A stretch of 64,000 bases of DNA, from contig OZ024757.1 in assembly GCA_964016885.1 (NCBI GenBank), positions 38,254,001 to 38,318,000 on the forward strand, read 5' to 3'. Of this stretch, positions 58,556 to 64,000 are shown piece after piece. This DNA comes from Eledone cirrhosa (lineage: Eukaryota). Every line of letters begins with the position of its first letter. The first letter of the stretch is position 1. Made by a program: the position numbers and the translations under genes. The notes beneath the pieces were generated by a model. The model saw only the letters and a list, made by a program, of their open reading frames with translations, searched no databases and was not told where the DNA came from.

Positions 58556-59377
58556 TGAATATAAATATGATATATATATTTAAATAGTACACACTCTAGG
58601 ACACACGCACACAAACACGTACATTTGCATTTCAATAGTTTATTATTTGTGTGTGAATGTGTGCAGAGCTGACGGTTCGAATTGAAAAACCAAAACGATG
58701 GACATTGAAACAACATTGTTTCAACTACTGAAGCAAATATTTTCTATAGAAATTTGCAGACAATCTGGGGAGAGCCTATTTACGATTTTTGACTGGATAT
58801 TAATTTAACATATATTTTTCTATACTATCGTTTGTCTGCTTCACAGGCGGTTGTCTGGCGTACCATGGAGCTTTTAGATAGCATCTAACCAAATTATATC
58901 GAAAAATGTCAGATTTGTATATTTATAGTGATGTTTGAATAATTGATAATTTTCCAAAAAAATGTTGCATGTCAAATTTATTTTAGAAATATTTTAGAAG
59001 AAAAAAAAAAAGATTAAAATAATTTTTTTTCAATATTAATTTTTTTAAATATATATATTTTTTTAAATTTTATTCGTATGTAATTTATTATTTCAAACTT
59101 TTGCCTGGACGTTTTTGTATTATTTTTTTGTAGTGCTTTTTAACAATTCTTTTAAAACATTCAATCAATATATTTCATATTAAATTGTGGAGGTGACCAC
59201 TGACCTCAATTCTGAAGAAAGATACTCGCAATAAAAGATTAAAACAGGCTTCAAACTACTAGTAGGTCTATATCATTTGAAAAGAACTTTCTCATATATC
59301 GGAGTCGTTCCACATCTGTAGAGCTACATGATATTTACACTGTGTATTGTTAAGGAAATAGTCTATATATATATATA

Positions 59378-59440
59378 TAGGAAAATATTCAGGACCCCGA
59401 CGGCAGAGTTATAGCCGTTTCGACGGCTATTTCTGGACGC
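59378..59440 (+). mobile_element. P1 family half copy; another diverged half lies at 59700-59820
   Basis: caggaccccgacggcagagttatagccgtttcgacggctatttc. Confidence 0.7.
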
Positions 59441-59490
59441 TATATCTGGACGCGTCTCACCACACTTCCTTCGTGATATATATATATATT

Positions 59491-59684
59491 TAATATAGAA
59501 ATGGCTTCTACAGGATTACTAGGACTGTTTCATTCGAGAGAAATCATCAGGGCTTCCTGGTGATTTCTGCCGAATGAAACAGTTCCAGTCCTGTAGAAGT
59601 GATTTCTATATTAGGTATTTTTACTCTGCTATATGTTGAGTACTTTACTTACTGTGGTTCCCCCCGATTGAAGCCAGGATAAAC
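59491..59684 (+). mobile_element. HH-F family palindromic element, copy 2
   Basis: Inverted repeat 59491-59613; the minus arm reads CTGATGA-T-TTC-TCTC-GAA-T-GAAACAGTC; tail homologous to 31051-31120 in reverse. Confidence 0.75.
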
Positions 59685-60354
59685 TTATATATTTATGGAA
59701 TTACACACAGAATGGATGCAGTAAAAAGCAGTTAGACCATTACTCAGAGTACTCGTTACTTAGAGTGGGTAATATGAAGGAATCGGAAACCCCGACGGCT
59801 GAGCTCTTGCTGTTTCAACAGATTAAACTTGGCAAAGGTTATTATATATATATATATAAATTGATGGAAATATTTTTGTAACCATCGCAATATTTATACA
59901 ATTACAGCAACCTTTTGAAATATAATAAATGAATTTTGGGAGGTTTTGTCATCTTTTCACGTTCGAGTATTGTGTGCTTACACAGAGTGTATGCAAAATA
60001 ATGACATCAGCTTGCTTGTTTCGATGTATTTAATTTGAGAATGTTTCTCATTTAATATGTTAAGTTACTTGTTAGCAAACGCCTCCGGCTTAAAGTTAAC
60101 CCATTACTAAATGGATTAATTACAACGTTAGTTAATTTAGTGTTAACAGATGTGATGCAAGGCTCATTTATAAATCTAATTAGAACTGTATTACAACAGA
60201 GAGAAATTAACCAAGGGTTTTAATGTGTTGAATTAATATAGTGTTGTAGAAAGTATTTTCACACCGACAACCGCAACTCTTCCCATAAACCTTGGTTTGC
60301 TTCAAACGTCATGTGAATTATTGATGCTAATGAATTATAGAGATAAAAATAATA

Positions 60355-60521
60355 CAATTGCTTCTACTTTTGGCACAAGGCCAGGAATTACCCAGTGCAG
60401 TACAGGTACTTTATTTTATCGACCCCGTAAGGATGAAAGGCAAAGTTAACCTCGGCGGGATTTGAACTCCGAATGGCAAGCGATGTAACTCTATTCGTCA
60501 AAGCATGGCGTCCGACCCTCT
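60355..60521 (-). mobile_element. SINE family A, near full length
   Basis: Reverse complement of most of 367-553. Confidence 0.9.
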
Positions 60522-60539
60522 AAAATAATATAATTATGA

Positions 60540-60680
60540 TGTCTACTATAGTCGCAAGGCCAACAATTTGTGGGGAGGGGAAGTTAATCGAATCGTCCAC
60601 GGTGCGTAACTGGCGCTATATTTTGTCGACCCAGTAAGGATGAAAGGCAAAGCTAAACACCGAGGGATTTGAACACAGAA
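60540..60680 (-). mobile_element. SINE family A variant
   Basis: gtcgacccagtaaggatgaaaggcaaag...gggatttgaac plus an extra ggggagggg segment. Confidence 0.75.
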
Positions 60681-60896
60681 TAAGAACCGTACCTCTATAC
60701 TGCAAAGTATAATTTCCGACACAATCGAGAAAATGATTGCAAGATTTCAAATCGTACGTCTTGCATGAGACCTCTAAATTCCTTAGAGGAAACATACTTC
60801 CTATTATCAAATCAACCCCCATGTGGAGTACCGGCAGTAGCTATACTGCTGCATTTGTTTGACCCCCCCCCCCCCCTTTCATACCTGAATTTCATA

Positions 60897-61125
60897 GGTG
60901 GCGAATTGGCAGAGTTGTTTGCTTTATGGTATTAGTTCCGGCTCTCTGCTCTCGGAGTTCAAATCCTGCCGAGGTCAACTTTGCCTTTCATTCTTTCGAG
61001 GTCGATAAAAAAAGTACCAGTCAAGTACTGGGGTTGATTCTTCCTCTATATCTCTTTCTCATTTCCTCTCTCCCACTTTCTATCTTTCTCTGAAAGTACT
61101 CATCAAGCCTGGAGAAGGATGGTCT
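60897..61125 (+). mobile_element. SINE family A-related subfamily
   Basis: GAGTTCAAATCCTGCCGAGGTCAACTTTGCCTTTCAT core; tail shared with 57851-58125. Confidence 0.8.
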
Positions 61126-61924
61126 CTGTCAGGGTTAACGTGCCGAAGAAACGCCGTATGTCAATACGGTGACCCTACGACTTTATCAGCAGTTATGGGA
61201 CCATACATACATACCTGAATTTCTGTTGGCTATTTAGAACAATCGTAGTTTGTGTTTAAAAAATAAATGGTTCTTATCATTTACAAACACGTTCCTTCAC
61301 CACCCACATCGTTTAGCCGGACAATTTGAAATATTTCTGTTTTCCATCAATTCTTCCAGATGTTATCAGAGCAGTACACTAAATTACTCTGTAAGCAATT
61401 AGTGTGTTTTTAATTGCTTGCTGTTTATCGACTGACAAGCAGAATTAACGACTGCTCACTGATTTATCTAATCAAAACCCCCTTCTAACTCACCCAACAC
61501 ATTTCTATCTAGCTCCAACCCGCCACCACCCATTTTCTCAGTCTTCTCCCGCTTATTCTCCCTCAATCTGCTGTATTCGCGATTTACAAAGTTGACAAAC
61601 AAACGCCCCGAACATTCGCAAAAAAAACAGACGCTTATTGCTGTCCTTTTTATATATATATATGTGTATACATGTATATATATATGTATGTGTTTGTGTG
61701 TGTGATTGTGTGTGTTGATGAGTAATGTGTATATTGCTAAATTTATAGATAATGGTAATATATAAATTTTATTTGTGTTTCGTTATAATACACACGCATA
61801 CATATATACTTACATATTTTCTTTCTCTCTCTGTGAATATATATATATATACAAAAATGTATATATATATACACAAACATGTATATATGTATATATATAC
61901 AAAAAATGTATATATGTATATCTC

Positions 61925-61955
<31 letters not shown>

Positions 61956-62670
61956 ATACAAAAATGTATATATAATAATCTTATTACTCATTATACGCTT
62001 CCCTGACAGCCTGTATTTCGAAGTTGTCTATGGCAAAATTATTTCCATCTGTATATATTTGTTTCAATTGTACCTCCCAATAGAACTATTTTCACAACAT
62101 TTGTTGGTATTTTATTTTATTTCTATATCTAATTCTGTCGTTTTACACATTCTGAAATTTATTAGGTTCCTCGTGATATACTTTGTTTGGTATTGAATAA
62201 AATACTGTCCAGAAATCGTATGTTAGTGTAAATCGCATGTTAGTGTAAATCTCAACACCGTAAGGACATACTTTCGATTCCCAGAGTCACACTGTCTCTT
62301 CAAACCGACGATTTGTTTCTCTTTCATCCAGGAAACTCATTCGTAATATCAATGGTCTATGGCTACATATCAAACGATGAAAGCCTCTTCTCGTCCTCTG
62401 GGGTAACGCCTTCTCCATTCTGTCCGCCGGGGCCGTGTGGAGGCCACCAATATGATTGACTGATGTTTTTAGACATCACCCAGTTAATTATGATTCATTC
62501 TGTGCTGTAGATATAATCATACTGTGTATAGATGAATTTGTATAAAATTGATTTAAAGTCTCTTGTTCATTTATTATTTGCTCTTGTGTAAGCTTCAGGG
62601 ATAATAATGTGAAATGAAACAAAACTATATATGTTCACTTTTTGCGAGTTGAGTGGATTGGAATATATAT

Positions 62671-62833
62671 AAAAAGAAAACAGCTTGCTCGGGCATGTTC
62701 CTCAGAAGGGAACTTCCTAGGAGCAAACCAATGAGTTTTTTAACACTTTATATATAAAGTTTCAAAAAGACCATAGGTTTGGCTTCAAGAAAGTTCCCTT
62801 ACGAGGCACAAAGCCAAGCAAGCTGTTTTTTTT
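62671..62833. repeat. Imperfect palindrome (~78-bp arms), foldback or MITE-like
   Basis: aaaacagcttgct..cctc..aagggaact..aaacc mirrored around ACTTTATATATAAAGT. Confidence 0.7.
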
Positions 62834-62857
62834 AAATATTATTTTTTAATAAAGAGT

Positions 62858-63047
62858 AGTGGATTGGCAGTATCGGTGGAGGGTCGGATGCCATGCTTTG
62901 CAGTACAGAGTTACGACTCTTTATATTCTGAGTTCAAAGCCCGCGGAGGTTAACATTGCCTTTCATCCTTAAGGGGTCAATAAAATAAAGTACCAGTAAT
63001 GTACTGGGATAATTGCTGGTCTTGTGCCAAAAGTAGAAACAATTATT
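62858..63047 (+). mobile_element. SINE family A, full length
   Basis: As at 367-553. Confidence 0.9.
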
Positions 63048-63156
63048 TTTTAAATATTTTTTTTTTAATATTATGAAATGTTATAAGTAACCAATCTAAG
63101 ACAAGACATTTTAACATCCCAGCCTATATCATAGTTAATAATTACGTCACTCTTGT

Positions 63157-63440
63157 GAAGGGGTCTGATCTAGTGTTAAGAGTGTTGGACGTACGATCAT
63201 AATGTTGTGGGTTCGATTCTTGGGCTGGGATGTGTGTTGTGGTTTTTTAGTAGATCACTTCATTTCACTTTGCTCTAGTATACCCAGCTGGAAATGTATA
63301 CCAGCAATAGCTGAGAGTTTTACCCTGCGATAGATTGGCGTCCTGTCCGGGGTGCGGGAGTCTTGTACGGTCAGTTGCTTAACTCCACGAAACCGGAATA
63401 AGCACCGACCTGATGAGCCTTCTGGCTTGAGACAGACTTC
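63157..63440 (+). mobile_element. tRNA-derived SINE family B, full length
   Basis: B-box GGTTCGATTC, CORE-like middle, CCCTGCGAT.GA.TGGCGTCCTGTCC segment and GAAACCGG..CTGATGAGCC tail. Confidence 0.75.
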
Positions 63441-64000
63441 TCAGATCAGATGTACCGTCCTTCAATACTGGAGTTGAACCGTTCTCCTATCAGTAAATAT
63501 GGGCGGTGAAAAGATTAAGAATCATGTCTTTTCTCTCCGTCTTATTCTTCTTGAAATAGTTGTTTTACCTATCTGGTAATAGCAAAGACAGACTTATGTG
63601 AAGATGTAATATAAATAACACGAGAAGGAATATACGGAGTTACACGTGATTGCTATAAGAGTAAGACATATAAAATAAATCAAATAGGAGTAGTTTGAGT
63701 GAAATCACATTTAGAAAGATAGAAGAAAACCCAACAAACATATTAAAGCTAAATTCTAGAAATAAAATCTAAGATACTGAAAGATACAATAGTGAAATTT
63801 GAGCGAGTGAATGAATGAATGAGGGAGGGGGTTAAGGTTAGAGAGAGTGGACGTTTTTTTATTCAGAATAATGAATGATAATAGATAAAGAACGTTGAGA
63901 AGAATGTAAACACAGCTCAGCAAAGAAACAGGAAGTGTGTATTTGTCTGTGTTGGGGGTGATGTAAAATGGTGAAAATAGAAAACAATTGAAATATAAAA

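Noticed and set aside
58750-58890. Possible acceptor sites and short terminal exons
   Set aside because: No homology or upstream exons; AG acceptor-like sites are common in T-rich DNA
63389-63435. CTGATGAGCC-TTCT-GGC as a hammerhead
   Set aside because: No GAAA follows stem II; the motif is part of the SINE B tail

Overview
Eukaryotic, extremely AT-rich, repeat-dominated DNA with no supportable host protein-coding gene. The repeat spectrum (kb-scale interrupted (TA)n arrays, many ~185-bp tRNA-derived SINEs with the core GAGTTCAAATCCCGCCGAGGT.AACTTTGCCTTTCATCC..GGGTCGATAAAATAAAGTACCAG) resembles an octopus-like cephalopod genome; this assignment is an inference. Nearly all long ORFs in the track are microsatellite artefacts (YI/CV/HT runs). 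The real coding remnants are truncated non-LTR retrotransposons: Tx1/L1-like, R4/Dong-like with a restriction-like endonuclease, CR1-like and several RTE-like. There are also two MITEs with target-site duplications and a two-copy element made of two convergent tRNA-like units. The main signal is about ten apparently unrelated families of short, mostly (TA)n-flanked and often palindromic elements, each carrying a minimal type I hammerhead ribozyme motif (CUGANGA - stem II - GAAA - palindromic stem III - UH). Several cores look intact (19421-19488, 29986-30054, 39633-39675), and two families carry the compensatory U3:A8 core variant (24416-24445 and 48521-48550; 45912-45957). They are best read as non-autonomous Penelope-like pseudo-LTR or retrozyme-like elements. 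All structures were folded by eye and all boundaries are approximate unless a TSD defines them.
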